Of a stretch of DNA of 64,000 nt, positions 18,984 through 32,785 are shown piece by piece (the first letter of the stretch is position 1; each line of letters opens with the position of its first letter). The notes under the pieces are model-generated. The model had not been told where the DNA came from. It saw nothing but the letters and a program-made list of their open reading frames with translations, and made no database searches. Source of the DNA: Paraspadella gotoi (lineage: Eukaryota > Animalia > Chaetognatha); assembly GCA_051294375.1 (NCBI GenBank), contig CM119266.1, positions 7,960,606-8,024,605 of the forward strand. Direction: 5' to 3'. Made by a program: the position numbers and the translations under genes.

Positions 18984-21900
18984 CTCGTCGAAACCTCGCG
19001 GAAGAAAATGTGTAAAACCGCGCGCATAAAAATAAAAGAAATAAAACTCGCATAAAACGAATCTAAAAATAACCCAAAACTCTTACAATGCCCTGTATTT
19101 TTGTGGTTCTTTCTCACGAGAGGTCGTCTACTCTGCAGGAGGCGATCCCTGATTGCGATGTCTGGGTATTATTTTCGCGACATTTCTTATCAAAATTTAC
19201 CTTAAAATTTGCATTTATATCAACAATAATTTTTAAAATAAAAAAAAACTAATTTTTAAAAAAAATTTACAATAGAATATGAATTAATTAACATAATATG
19301 AAAACGTAAATCTAAATTAATTTGAGAAGTTGGAAAAGTCAACAAAAATCAGGGCGAGATTCTTCTTGGACGCGATTTTGATTTTCAAAAAACTGTTTTA
19401 CTTTATATGTAATAATTGTACTATTGTACATACGTTCTGTTTCGTTTCTGAAAACCTCTCTAAATATGTAACATTCTCAACAAGCATAAAAATGCTACTA
19501 AGCATGCTATGCTATTAAGCAAATTGAATCCCAGGAACGAGTGAAAAGTTAACATTTTTCCCCCGATTTCCCGCAAATTTCAAACTCAAATTAGTCATAA
19601 AAACCAAATGATAATTAACGCGATGGTCACGATTTATTTCAAGGTTTTTCTTTCGATTCAATTAAAACGAGGCCAACGCTTTTAATTTTCGACTGAGAAT
19701 TTAAAAAAAAAATCCTTTTCAAGATTTTTTCTCTTGACTAAAAACAAACCTAAATTCTACACCAAAATAGAAAAAAAAGGGTTTTAACCCCGTAAAAAAA
19801 GGAAAAAGAAAAAAAAGGGGAAAAGGGAAAAAAGGAAAGAAAAAGGAAAAGGGTGACCGAAATCCAACAAGGGAGACACAATGAGACGACCTGGATTCCC
19901 CAAAAAGTGACCTGGATACGAGGGGGAATCTTACTTGATCACGTGATTATCGTCCGTGACACGAGTCGTGACAGGAGATCGAGACTCGTCTCACGTTTCT
20001 TCCACGTCTGTCACGCTCATTCGTGACGCGATCGTCCTTCTGTTCTCCTCGATCGTCCGTCTGTCCGTCTGTCCATCGCGTGGAATCTTGGGGAAACCTC
20101 TTCCAGTCCCTTTGTCCGTCTGTCCGTCTCGATTGGTCACTTCATATCCGAAGAATGTAAATAATCGAGACTCAATTTCGAGTTCGATCCCGACGTCGGG
20201 AATTGTCGTCGTCATTTTTGTTGTTGTTATCGTAGTGATCGTTGTCTGAGAGGTTCCCATTGGGATTTCACCCTGGTACGTCGTCGTCGTCGTCGTCGTC
20301 GTCGTCGTTAAAGAACTGGGCTTCATCTAAAAACTCAAGGATGACGATGACGATATCTTTTTAGTTCAGCTGAAGACCGAAAGAAAGGGTTTTCGGTCGT
20401 CGTCGTCGTCGTCGTCGTCGTCTTCGTTTTTAACCTCTTTTTTTCTTATTATTCATCCCATTTCTCCTCTTCTTCCTCTTCCTCCTCTTCCTCCTCTTCC
20501 CCCTCCTCATTGTTGTTCCTCAATGTAAATAATCCAAAGCAGATGTCCTTTGGTCTTCATCAACGGTCATCGTCATCGTCGTCGTCATCGTCGTCGTCGT
20601 CTTTATTTCGACGGGGTTTTTTTTTTCTCTTTATTTTAGTCTTGTTTCTGTTTCGGTTGCTTATTTCTCATTTGTCGTTTTCTTTATTTTTTTTTCTTTC
20701 TTTATTTTTGTCTTGTTTTTGTTTCTTTTGCCTTTTTCTCATTTGTCGTTTTCTTTGTTTTCTACTGACAATTTGTCATACTTATTTTTTTCGTTTTCGT
20801 TGGCCTCATCAACGTCGATTTTAATTGAAATTTTATGTAACGGCATCATAAACTGGTTGTACAATGTACATTAGACTATATTTCTAAATCTTTTTCACAG
20901 AGTTGAGCCCTATAATACAAAGAGTGCTCCTACTTCCTTCTATTTTTATGGTATCTTTATTTTTCGGGTGTTTAGTAATTAATTTCTTGCCACTAAAGAA
21001 TTTTTTTAGGTCGAATGTTATAACATTATAAAAAGGAAATCCATTTTAGGCGGTCTTATGTTCAAGATCGTAAAAAGTACTTCTTTTTAGATATACCTTT
21101 TATTGTTCATTTGTTCTAATTTCACACAATTCGCAAATGAACAGCATAAAATTTAATACCGGTCGTTGACTCGATTTACGATTTAAAATTTAAGCTTATC
21201 AATTAAGAATTTAAGTATTTAATTCGCTCGATGTCCCAAATTTCGTACTTTATTCCCGGAAATTGTGATAAAGATTTTTTGTCGACTTGGTCTAGTCTCG
21301 CTTTTGTACCGAAGAAGATCGAATTAAGATAAGATTTTCGATTTAAGAGCGAAATTTTATGGAATCTGACCAAAGTTTTAAATCGGTCGTAATATTAAAA
21401 AGATTTTAAAAGAGAAATTAATCAGTGTACTCGTGTATTAAACTTTTTAGAACTTAAAAATTCAATAGTTTTATTTAGTTTGATAGCTGCCTAACGTCTA
21501 ATAGTGGGTATATCGGAACTTATCTGGTACGTATCTTATATAAATCTCTATAGACAATCTCTGAATCTTTATCTCAGATATTATTCATAATCGAATGACA
21601 ATTTTACGATAGCGATACGTTTCCAGTCAATGCCCGGTTCCAAACCGGGTTCCGACCGGCTTATTTTCTGTCCAAAATTTGAAATCTTCATCCAAATCCT
21701 AAAAAATTATAAATGTTCATCCACATTTTTCTACTAAATCCTCTTCTCGTTTACAGTCATCGTCGTTTCTAAACTATGAAGTTTCTGACTCGAATGCAAA
21801 GCAACGAATTTTCCACTCACTATTACTTTTTCGGGGATTCGTCTCACTGTCGCTTGGCAACGGCGAACGCGCAGTAAAATAACGGTAGTCACTTTTTTTT

Positions 21901-22219
21901 CTAAAGTGACACAATAGGTTCGACGGATTCGAAAAAAAAACCCCACCTCGCCATAATAAAAAATCAAATGCCAAAGACTATTTCCTCCTAGTCATTGATG
22001 AAAATTAATTTATTTAACAAAATAAATGAAAAAAGCTGATACCTAAGTTTGCCGAGCCCCCCCTGCCAAAAAAAAGCACCTCTCAGTCTTAGACGAGATA
22101 AAGAAAAAAGCTTTTTCCACATCATCATAAAAAAAGCTGCTTTTTTCTCCTTCCATTCGTGGTTTCCATCTTCGTCGTCGTCGTCGTCGTCGTCGTCGTT
22201 CGTATTCCATTAGCGAAAG

Positions 22220-24199
22220 ATGAAATATTTCTTCATCTTCGTCCTTCTCGCCGCCGCCGCCGCCACGGCCGCCGCACCGACCACGCCTCGCCCTAAACCC
22301 ACCCCCACCCCCACCCCGGGTCGACTCACCCATCGCGTCTCCTGCGTGACTTTCTCACGTCCAGAATTCACGACGCAGATCGGATCCAACGAGACGCTCG
22401 ATCTCGTCTTCTCTCCATCGGCGCCGGACGAAGCGAGGAACAAACCCGACGCGGAGCCCGACGAGGCGCTGGCGGAAGTCTCCGACGAGGAGTTCGACGA
22501 GGCGCTGCGGTCCGACGATGTCGAGTTGTACTTTGTTTACCTGACGGCGAAATCGGGACTCAAAGTCGTGGATGATTCGGAGGTTAGGAGAGTGGGAGTT
22601 GGGGTTTTAGCGGGGGGGGGGGTTAAAATGGTGGGAGATTGAGGTGGTTAAGGAAGGGAAATGAAGTTGGGTAGTTGGAAAGGGTCTAAGTCAGAGTCAT
22701 GATTTTGACAGTAGATTTAGTTTAAAAATGATTGATTTGGTCTTTACATGCCACTAATAACATGTTATGCACCTTTAATCAGAAATAATCGTTTTTCTTT
22801 TAATATTATTGGCATGTAAAGACAAAAACAATCATTTTTCAACTGTTAAAAAGGGGTCTGAACCTAGTAGATACTACATAGCACATAGATAGCATTTTCT
22901 GATTCTACTAATTTATTTAATAGTCTACATTATATTAATAGTATTTGTTATCTTCCCTTATTTTTCTTCGTCCTCTTTCTCTAATATTTACACTTCAACA
23001 AATTGTTTCACTTTCCTATTTTTTTTCTTTGCTTTTTTATTTCTTTTCTTTTACTAATTTTTCTGTTTCTTTCCCTCTTCTTTCTTTTTCTATTCTTTTC
23101 TTTTCTTTTCTTTTTTTTTCTTTTCTTTTTCTTTTCTCTTTTTTCTTTTACGTCTCCCTCACTCTTCCACTATTTTTCACCTTCCTTTTACTGTTTTACT
23201 ATTTTCTCTTCTTTCACTCATTTTATCTTCTCTCTCCCCCCACAGGTCATCCGCCCACTACCCCCGATCCTCCTTCCCAGCTCCCCCAACGGCTCCCGCT
23301 CCACTCCAGTGACCTTTCCCCTCGAAGTCCAGTCGATCGCCGTCGGCGGCGTCGTCGTCCTCGTCAACGCCACGTCGACGGCGCTGGCCAAGCGATGCCA
23401 TCTAGAGGCGGCGTTCTTCGAAGTTCACGTGGAAAAAGCGGCGTGGTTGCATAAAGTCAGCGACATTGTGGGCTGGATTTATATGGTGAGATGGAGAGGG
23501 TGGGGAGAGGAAGAGAAGGAAGTGGGGATAGGGGTTTGAAAGTGAAAGAGGGAGTAGGAAGAGGGGAAGGGGGAGGGGAAAGAGTAAGGAGAGGAGGGGG
23601 ATTAAGGGGAGGAGAGGAAGGAAGAGGGAGAGGGAGAATAAAGGAGAGGAAGGGGAAGAGGGGAGAAGAAAAAGACAAAAAGGAAGAGGGAGGAAAAAAG
23701 AAGGAAGAAGGAATCGTAGGGGAGGAATTGGGTAGGGTAGTAGAGAAAGGAGGGGGAAGATGAGAAGTGACAGGGGGAGAGGTGGAGGAAGAGGCGAGAG
23801 GGGAAGAAGAAGGGTAGGGCTAAGAAGGGGAGAGGGAGGAGGGAGAGAGGAAGAAGTAGGAGGAGGAGGAAAGAGAGAAAGATGGAGTTTAGAGGAAGGA
23901 GGGGCAGGAAGAGGGCGAGAGGAAAAGGAGAAGAACAAAGGGTTTTTGGTTTTTCGATTTCCCATCAAAAAGTAAAATCTTATTGAACAAAATTTAATGA
24001 AAATATTGAAATTCGAAAAAAAAAACATTTTATTTTGTCCAAAAAAGGGAAAAAAAGTTTTATATTTACTAACAAAAAAGAGTAACTGTCTTGTTTTTTT
24101 ACGTTGCAGAAAAATCATAACAGATTCGATGTAACCAGATTATTTCTAATCTTTTTTTTTTTTTTGCATTTGCATAAGATTTGGTTGCTGCGGCAGAGA

Positions 24200-24285
<86 letters not shown>

Positions 24286-25691
24286 TAGAGAGAGACAGAG
24301 ACAGTATTCCATCTCACGTTCCCATTTTCGCGAAATATATATCAAGAAATAATTTGAAGTCAAAAAAGTTTCCGTTTTTAAATTTTCTGTAACAAAAAAG
24401 ACATATTTTTATTCTAATTTTCTATTGTTAGGCGAAATTTACATTTATATTCATTTTTTAAAACTTAATTTATTTAATTTTTTTTAAACTTAAATATTAG
24501 AATGAAAATAAATATATACAGAAGTGAACGTTAGCAAAATTTTCTTTTGCTCGTCTTTTAGCATTTTGATTTCTCCCTGTCTCTATCTCTTTATCTCACT
24601 CGCTCTCTCGCTCTCTCTCTCGCTCGTCCTTTTTGTTTTCTCTCTAACAACAAAAGGGAGCGCGAAAAAAAAATTAGAGAAAAACTAAATCAAAACAAAC
24701 AAAAGAAAACAAAACAAAACAAAACAAAGATAAGAAAACAAAAGTCCAACTCGGAGTTTCCCTGTCTCCCAAAAAAGACCTTATTTTCCCAGAATGCCCC
24801 ATTTCATCTAAAAATACGAATTAAGTTAATATTTTTAGTTAAATATTTGGTTGAGGGTAAGGGTTAACGATTAGGTTAACAATTAAGGTTAAGGATTAGG
24901 GTAAGGATTAGGGTTTGACATTACAAATTAAAAAGGTGTAAAAAGGGCGGTATATTGTGAGTGACTAAAGGGAAAATGATGAAAAAATGGGAGAAAAATA
25001 TCAAACTGGGAGCGGTCCGGAGTGAGAAAAAGTATGAGTGAAAAACCTAAACCCTGGGCTCGACCCTGAATCCTCGGGAGGAGAATGAGGAGGAGGAAGA
25101 GGATGATGAGGAGAGGGTGCCCGGGTGCGAGGCCCTATCGGCTCATTCTGATTACAATAAAAAAATTAGAGATAAGGGTTTAAGGTTAGAGTCCAGGATC
25201 AGATTATGGTTTGAGATTAAGATTAAGGCCAGGGATTAGGGTTATAAGTTTAAAAATATATTTAGATTAATTATTAAAGTTAAAATTAAGAACTGGTAAA
25301 AAGGAACAGAAATAGGGCATTCTCTGAAAAGAGAGCCAAAAAAATCATTCCTCACGTTTATTTCTCATTAATCACCCTTCACCTTCCTCGACCCCTGAAC
25401 CCTTCTCTCTATACCCCCATTCCCCAATTCTCCTCCCCCAACCGCCCGAACCACCCCTTTCAACCACCCCCAACCACCCCAACTCTCCGCAGATCCTCTG
25501 GAGTGTCGCCTGGTATCCGCAAATCCACCTCAATTTCCGCAAAAAGTCAGTCGCTGGTTTCTCTTTGGATTCGATGCTCTTCAACAACATCGACGATGCC
25601 GCCTACGTATTTTATACCCTGCCTCTGTATTACAACGAGGGCATCAGGGATCTGTATCAAACGGCGCATCCGCACAGCATCGTGCCGGTAA

Positions 25692-25785
<94 letters not shown>

Positions 25786-28445
25786 ATATTCGCCTGCGAG
25801 AGAAAAGTCAACGATATCAAAAATTTATTTGCCGTAAAAATTAATATTGAGCTGCTTCAGTGAAAACTCCATATCTAACTAAAACGATATGGAATTCTAC
25901 AGGGTTTTTTTAAGATTTTTTTAAGAGTTTTTATTTTAATTTTACATCTGAACTTTCTGAAGTAATATTGTATGTATTCTGGTATATAGGATTATTGCTT
26001 CTGGCATTTTGGAATGATATCTGAACTTAGTAATAATTGAAATTAGATTATTTATTATTTATTATTCTTTTTCTCTCTCAGCACGAGAAAATTACCCAGT
26101 ACTTCACCGAAAAAGAAGAAAGGTTAAACGAAAAAGTGTTTTTCTCTTCTTTCCTCCCTCCTCCTCCTCTTCCTCCTCCTCCTCCTCCTCCTCCTTTTTG
26201 ATTCCTTTTTTCTTTTGTTTTTTTTTAAAGTTAAATTCAATTCACTCAGAGAAGAAAAAAAGTTTTTCTTTTGCATCGAAATATAAAAAATATAAAATTT
26301 CTCTTTCGTTCATATTTGACTTATGATTTTTTTTCTCTAAGTCTGGAAATGATAATTCTTAAAAAACTTTCCTGAAAATAAAATTGTACTTCTTTAAATT
26401 TAAAGAGCATGGCTTACAAGAAATGATAGTGATACCCATGAGTTGGAAGTTGTCGAAAAGTTTGGAGTAAGGTTAAGATAAGAATTCAATAACAAAGACT
26501 GAATGGCTTAAATATTCTCTGTCGTTCCTTTTCGTTGTTGTTCTTATTGTTTTCATTCGCTTTGTCGGCCTTTGTCGTTGCTTCCTTTGCTTCGAAGACA
26601 AATCGTCGTCTTTGTCAGCGTCGTCTTTGTCAGCGTCGTCTTTATCTTTGTCGTCGTCGTCGTTTTCGTCGTCACTTTATATTTTGACGAATGGCTTTCC
26701 TTTTGGTTTCCAGGAATTCAAATCGTTTGTGGTTGAGTGAAGGAAAAAAAAGAAAGAAAAAAAGAAAGAAAAAAAAGAAAGGAAAAATAAAGAAAAGATT
26801 CAAATAAAAATAAAGGAAAAAAATTAAAGTTAATTGAATAGGAGAGAAGAAAAAAAGAGAGGAAGTCGAACGAAAGATAGAAAAGATGAAATGTAAAAGG
26901 AACGAAAACTTTTTTGAAAAAAGAATAAACGCGAAATACATATTATATATGAAAATTTGCAAATTACTTGTTTCACTACTTTCTATTTTTATATTTTATG
27001 AAGGATTTAGTATTTAATCTTATTATTTAATCAAATATATATTGCTTTCTTTCTTAAAAATGTTTTATTTATCTAATAATTCAATTTGGGAAGGGGAAGT
27101 CAGTGTTGTCTTCTGGAAATAATTATATATCTATTAATTATAAAAAAACGTTTATCTCAGTGCCGGTCAACCTTAGCATTTTTTTTTTTGGTATTTTGTA
27201 TTACCGGTTTTAATTGTTAAATAATCTTTTAAATTTCAAGTTAAACCTGTACTTTAGTCTCGCATCTTGGCTGCAAACATGTCGCCACTTATCCAATTGG
27301 ATAAAGCTACGCAACCGGTCTAATTACTACAACCAGCACACGCAAGGGACAGTTGCCACTTCATCCCAAAGTGATATACTGTACCTACCAGTTGCCATTG
27401 CATGCCATTCCCAACAGTTGCCACCGCGTCCAGCGGTGAGGAAATTCACGCCCCATAAATCATTTACTTGACGTCTCTGGGTTTTGGCGGAGACGGCGAA
27501 AAAGGGAGATGGCAATGTTGAGACGGTAGGGCGGTGGTGGAAATGGCAATGACGATTATGGTTGAGATCGCATGGCGGTCAGGGGCTGAGAAATGACTTT
27601 CTAGACCGCAGTGATAGCAGATATTTCTAAAATGATAACGGTAAAACCAATATATAAATTATTTCTTCATTTAAATACAATATTGACATAGTGCCCATAG
27701 TATATTGTCCTTCCGGCTTTGGACGTGCACTTGCTCTATGTATGCCCGATCTCCCACCATCGTACAAAATGGTACAATCTTACAAACACAAGCAAGATTC
27801 TTTCTTTCTTTCTTCGTAGTTTATATTTTTGATTAAATGTGCTAGAAAACGTGAATGAAAATCTCACGCCAGATGGCATCTGGGACGGCATTGAAGATGG
27901 AATTGAAGATGGCAATCGAGACGGCATGAGGACGTCGCCACGAGGTTTCGATGCGACGCGCGGTTGCGTCACTGAAAACGAAATCTAAGTCAGCGGATTT
28001 CACTTCCTGTGTTGATTGATGACGCTGGCGACGACGACGACGACGACGACGACGATTCTCGTCCAGGGATTTCTGTCGTCGAATGACGAAGAATCGAATT
28101 TGAAAGACGGAAAAAAAATGATGTATAAAAAAAATGAAACGACATCTCACGACGAAATGTGAGACGTTGACTACAAAAGTTGAAATTTAAAAAGCTTATG
28201 GAAGAGCAATGTTAAAATTTAATCTTGACATTTAAAATGACAATGAAAATAAAAAGTATCCCAAAATTCGAGTAAGACCCGTCGTCATGGCCGTCATTAT
28301 AGGGTCGTTGTTGTCGTCGTCGTTATCGTCGTCGTCGTCGTCGTCGTCGTCCTTCCTCCCGTTGTTTTTGTTGTTGTTCTTCTCTTGCAAAATAAAACGA
28401 GAGGAGACGAAGAAAAACTTCAAAACAATTTTTTTTATAAATGAA

Positions 28446-28543
<98 letters not shown>

Positions 28544-30226
28544 TTGAGGCAGAAAAGTTTGGAAGGAGATTTTAAAGAAGTCGTTTTTTTTCAAAACGAG
28601 AGGCTTAGTTTATAAAATGGAGTAGAATGTAATGTAACGAAATGGAATGGAATAGAAAATAAACATTTTCTTTTCTAAAATTCGATACGAGAAATAAAAT
28701 TGAGTTAAATCGATTTGCAGAAACCGAAATTCGATTTATTTATAGATTTTTTGAGACATTTTTTCTCTCTTTTATTTTTACAAATAATTTTTTTGTAAAA
28801 AGAAAAAGTTTATTTTTTTTTACTTCACTTTCATCCATCATTCAATTGACTAACTCTCACATTTCTTTCTCCATCTCCAACCCATCCCTACCCTCCCATC
28901 TCCCAACCCACCCTCGAAACCCCCTTCAACCCACCTCCACAAACCCACCACCCCCTCCAAAAGGTGGAGATCAACGACATCGCCGCGGTGGTCCACACCA
29001 CCATCGTTCTACTCGTCCTCTCGCTTCAGTGCGTCTTCTACCCGAACGGCGGACAGAAGATCTCGAGACCCGGCTGGCTCGTCTTGGGGCTGTGCTCGGC
29101 CGCGGGCCTCATCGGCTTGATCGTGTTGGCCGCCGGTGCCATGGATTGGCTCCAGTACATTTCGATCTTCAGCTACGTGAAGATCTTTACGAGTCTCATC
29201 AAATACGCTCCGCAGGTATTTTGGGAGGAGTGGGGGGGAGCGAGAGAGGGGGAGAGGGAGGAAAGTTAGAGAGAAAAAGGGATCAGGGGAGAGTTAGTTA
29301 GATGAAAGTAAAAAGGAGGTCGGAGAGAAGAGAAAGAGGAGAAAATAAGCAAAGAAAGAAAGGAAGATAAGTGAAAAAAAGAGAGGAAGAGGGGGGAAAG
29401 AGGCGAGGGAGAAAAAAGGGAGGGCGTTGTAAAAGAAGGAAATGAGATAATAGAGAGAAATGAGAGAAGATGAAAGAGAAAAGAGATGATGAAGTCATGT
29501 AGGCTCCAATGGGAGGGAAAGAAAGAAAGGAATGAAGAGAGAGGAAAGAAAATATTGAATGTTATATTAATTTAAGTTTCGATCTGAATTATTTAAATGG
29601 AGCGAATTAACCTAAGCTTAAGGCTTAATAATTCAGTTCGTCTCGGCTTTATTATTAATTCGATTGAATCATCTCAGGCTTGGTTGAACTTCCGACAAAA
29701 ATCCACGGAAGGATATTCGGTGGGAAATATGCTGTTCGACTTCTTCGGCAGTTTCTTCTCCTTGATGCAGGTGAGAATTTATTTGATTGATTGATTGATT
29801 GATTAAATAATTGATTGGTTGATTTATTTATTGGTGGTTTGTTTTTTTGCCGCTGCATCGTCTTTAAATTACTTATCAAATTAATCGATCGTACTAATTT
29901 CATATTGTTTTATTGAATAATTTATTAATAGAATGAGTTAATCATAATTTATTTGACCTCATGATTGAGTGATTGATTGATTGATTCACCCCCTCATCTC
30001 CTCCTCCAAGATGTTCCTCATCGGCTTCAACCGGTCTGACATTTGGGCAGTCATCGGCAACCCGGCCAAGTTGGGCCTCGGAATCGTCTCGCTCTCCTTC
30101 TGCACCATCTACATGGTCCAGCACTACATCATCTATCCACAGCGACGTCGCTACGAGTCCATCGTAGACAAAGGAACGGATACCGAGTTAGACGCAAACA
30201 TTCAGACTGTCGCCAAAACCGTTTAG
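22220..30226 (+). CDS. CTNS: Cystinosin homolog (PQ-loop lysosomal transporter), 452 aa, divergent. Exons 22220-22582, 23246-23485, 25493-25687, 28964-29215, 29678-29770, 30011-30226
   Basis: Signal peptide, luminal domain, then GWIYMILWSVAWYPQIHLNFRKKSVAG (PQ1), INDI, WLQYISIFSYVKIFTSLIKYAPQAWLNFRQKSTEGYSVGNMLFDF (PQ2), GNPAKLGLG, VQHYIIY and a YESI sorting motif. Five GT-AG introns, all phase 0. Ortholog versus paralog status is unresolved. Confidence 0.93.
24777..25337. mobile_element. MITE-like element with ~25-bp imperfect TIRs and internal degenerate TTAGGG-like repeats, in cystinosin intron 2
   Basis: TTTTCCCAGAATGCCCCATTTC at ~24784 versus GAAATAGGGCATTCTCTGAAAA at ~25309-25330. Internal GGTTAAGGATTAGGG tracts at ~24855-24915 and ~25175-25245. 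Confidence 0.55.
26946..27121 (+). repeat. Dispersed ~200-bp AT-rich repeat family; other copies at ~37188-37437 (+) and ~58869-59089 (-)
   Basis: Shared ATATGAAAATTTGCAAATTACTTGTTTCACTA ... TTTGGGAAGGGGAAGTCAGTGTTGTCTTCTGGAAATA(GAGGG-GCATCTA-ACAACACAAG) blocks. Confidence 0.8.
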
Positions 30227-31780
30227 AAAACTAAGAAGGAAGGCCTGTTGAGGACGGCCTGTTGAGGGGCCTGGAGATGTGGATGACCCGCCGGGATCAG
30301 ACTTGGGTGTGGGCCTTCTGTAAGAGGCGATGGGGCAAGCTTGTTCCATTGTTGGCAAGAGCTACGTACGTTTTCAGCTTTTTATATAAGCTCCTGGATG
30401 AGACATTATTGGAATTTTGTCCATTTTCAAATAATGAATGTTTATAATAATATTATTTTTCGTTTGTATTTATTTCTAGACCAATTGCATTTATTTTGTT
30501 CAACCGGAAGCCTCGTACATTTTTGAACGAAAAATTGTTGTTTTATTCTTTCATTTTTAAAGTTATTTTTTTAAATATTTTTTGAATTAAAGAATGACAA
30601 AAAGTGTATAGTTCAAAAGTGAAACTTTCTTTACTTTTTAGTTTATTCTATTTGAACAGTTTAAAAACTGCGACTCAAGTCCATTTTTATCTGTTTGTCT
30701 GTCTGCGTGTCTGTTTTTATTTCTATTTTTTTCAATTACAAAAAAATGTAAATTCAAATTAAATGTATAAATAAATTAATAATTAATTAATTAATAAGTA
30801 ATAAGTAAATTTAAATACAAACACGTCACGACCGAAAAATCATCTACTTTTGTTAGCCTTCTAGCGTTCATAGCACAAAGTGTACATACTTGTTTTTAAA
30901 AATTGACATATATTTATGCTCAACAACGAAAATGCATTTAATTTGTTGTTTCCGAAAAATGTTTATGTTGTTAAAATCGTTGATCACCTCGATAAAATAC
31001 TCACTTTATTTTTAAATTTCTTCGACCAAAGATTTTCATTATTTTAGATTATAGATTGTTAATTTGTTATATATTCTAAATATAAAGATTATCTTAAATC
31101 AGTTGCCTCTTTAATTTTAGAAACCGCGCGATGTAGAGAGACATCCAGTGATTGTTAATAGGACTAAGGAGTATTAATCACTGACAGATGGTGAAACGAT
31201 ACAAAGTGTGATTAAGTCATTGAAACGAATAATTGATTCACTTTGAACCTCAACTTGGAAACTCTTATCCCGAATTCACAGAAACGATCTTCTCTCACCA
31301 CCTGATCACGGACTTTTTTACGTGAAAGGAATTCTCTCACGTTTTAGGTTGGGAAACGCAATCTCTTTTTGGATAAAATCTTTGAAAAATATTTATCTTT
31401 GTACAATAATCATTAGTTTTCAGTACGTTCTTCATGAATGTAGTATGTACTTCATTTTCAAGCTACATCCTTTTGAAAAAAAACATTTCATTCTAACTAA
31501 ATTGTATCCATCAACGCTCAGCCCACCGCATTCTCGCGTCAGTATGCGTTGTCCATCTTCCAAACAGTCCATCAGTCCCCTATTTTTTTGCCCATTCTAC
31601 CAGTATCTCTACAGATCATTAACTGGACCATTACCACGCCGCCGCTAACGAGTCCCTTCCCTCCATCTCCACCCGACGCGCCACCAATTAATTCGTCCCA
31701 ACCCGACGCGTCGAACTGACGTCACGAACGAAACTCGTTTTTCAGATTCTTCCTTCGAAGATTAAAATCTAATCATCTCT

Positions 31781-32097
31781 CCGGAAGTGGAACCGGAAGT
31801 GGAAACGTGTGTGGAACCGGATGTGGAAACTAGTGTGGAACCGGATGTTAAAATTATTGTGTAACCGGATGTGGAAACTAGTGTGGAACCGGATGTGGAA
31901 ACGAGAGTGACCTGAAACCGAAGCAGGAAGTGGAAACAAAAATGGAACCCGAACCAAAAGTGGAAACGAAAGTGAAACCGGAACTTCAACCGGATGTGGA
32001 AACGAGAGTGACCTGAAACCAAAGCAGGAAGTGGAAACGGAAGTGGAACCCGAACCGGAAATGGAAACGAGATTGAAACTCGAAGTGGAACCGGATA
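31781..32097. repeat. Minisatellite built from CCGGA(A/T)GTGGAA 12/24-bp units with a higher-order duplication
   Basis: GTGGAACCGGATGTGGAAACTAGT units. The block CCGGATGTGGAAACGAGAGTGACCTGAAACC-AAGCAGGAAGTGGAAAC occurs at ~31889 and ~31989. Confidence 0.9.
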
Positions 32098-32785
32098 AAC
32101 ATTCGGTCCCATAGTCTGCAAAACATGAAATATTCGGAAAGTGTGAAAATGTAACGTGTTGTGTTGTATGTACCCTGAACCAGGTTATGATTCAAAACAG
32201 AGAAAATCTCTGTATGTATTAAATATGAAAGATAATCTGTTACGTCATTTCGGTTCAGTTGAGTTGACCTTTTCACTCTCACTTTCTTTGGCAATCCTCA
32301 TTCCTCAAGGTGTTTACGTAAATTTCGGATTTTAAATTATGGATGGAACTATAAAGAGAGAACGTATCAAAGGTCTTACTTTTCCTAAGTGCATGTATTA
32401 TATATTATATATTATTCAACTATATTTTCCATTCTTCTATTTATTCTTCGCGAAGCCTCAGCTTAGTTTGAGAATGGCGCCACTTTTCGCTCTTCGCCTC
32501 AGTTTTCGCTTTTCAGTTCCGATCCTCTTGTCCGTTCATAAGTTCCGCTCGTCTCGTTCTCTGGACAGAATCTGTCATTGAATCAGACAGGTTTCGGGAA
32601 GAGCGATTATGACCAGGGATCGTTTTTTGCGGAATCATCTGTTCTGAGGGAAATTGTCTAAACTGAGCCATCTGTAAAGAGAGAAATTGTCAGCACTGAG
32701 TCATCTGTAAAGAGAGAAATGTCTATTAGGACGCGTATACATTTTGTTATGTGTATCGCTTCCGGAAAAGAAGATTATGAAGAAA

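Noticed and set aside
19930-20330. Possible minus-strand exon (TTTTAG|ATGAAG... to CAA|GTAAG)
   Set aside because: The frames checked hit stops or low complexity, and no partner exons were found.
20368-20400. CTGAAGA-CC-GAAA minimal hammerhead
   Set aside because: No stem I or stem II pairing; it is a simple GACCGAAA/TTTCGGTC hairpin.
27300-27975. Possible nested antisense gene in cystinosin intron 3 (AG/GT-bounded ~27869-27972)
   Set aside because: TGGCA/TGCCA-repeat-like sequence with no start or consistent second exon; more likely a repeat remnant.
31762-32121. Ser/Thr-rich TSGSTLVS repeat ORF, CRISPR-like array or ETS (CCGGAAGTG) site cluster
   Set aside because: Plain minisatellite with stops and frame changes. 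No unique spacers or cas genes, and the context is eukaryotic.
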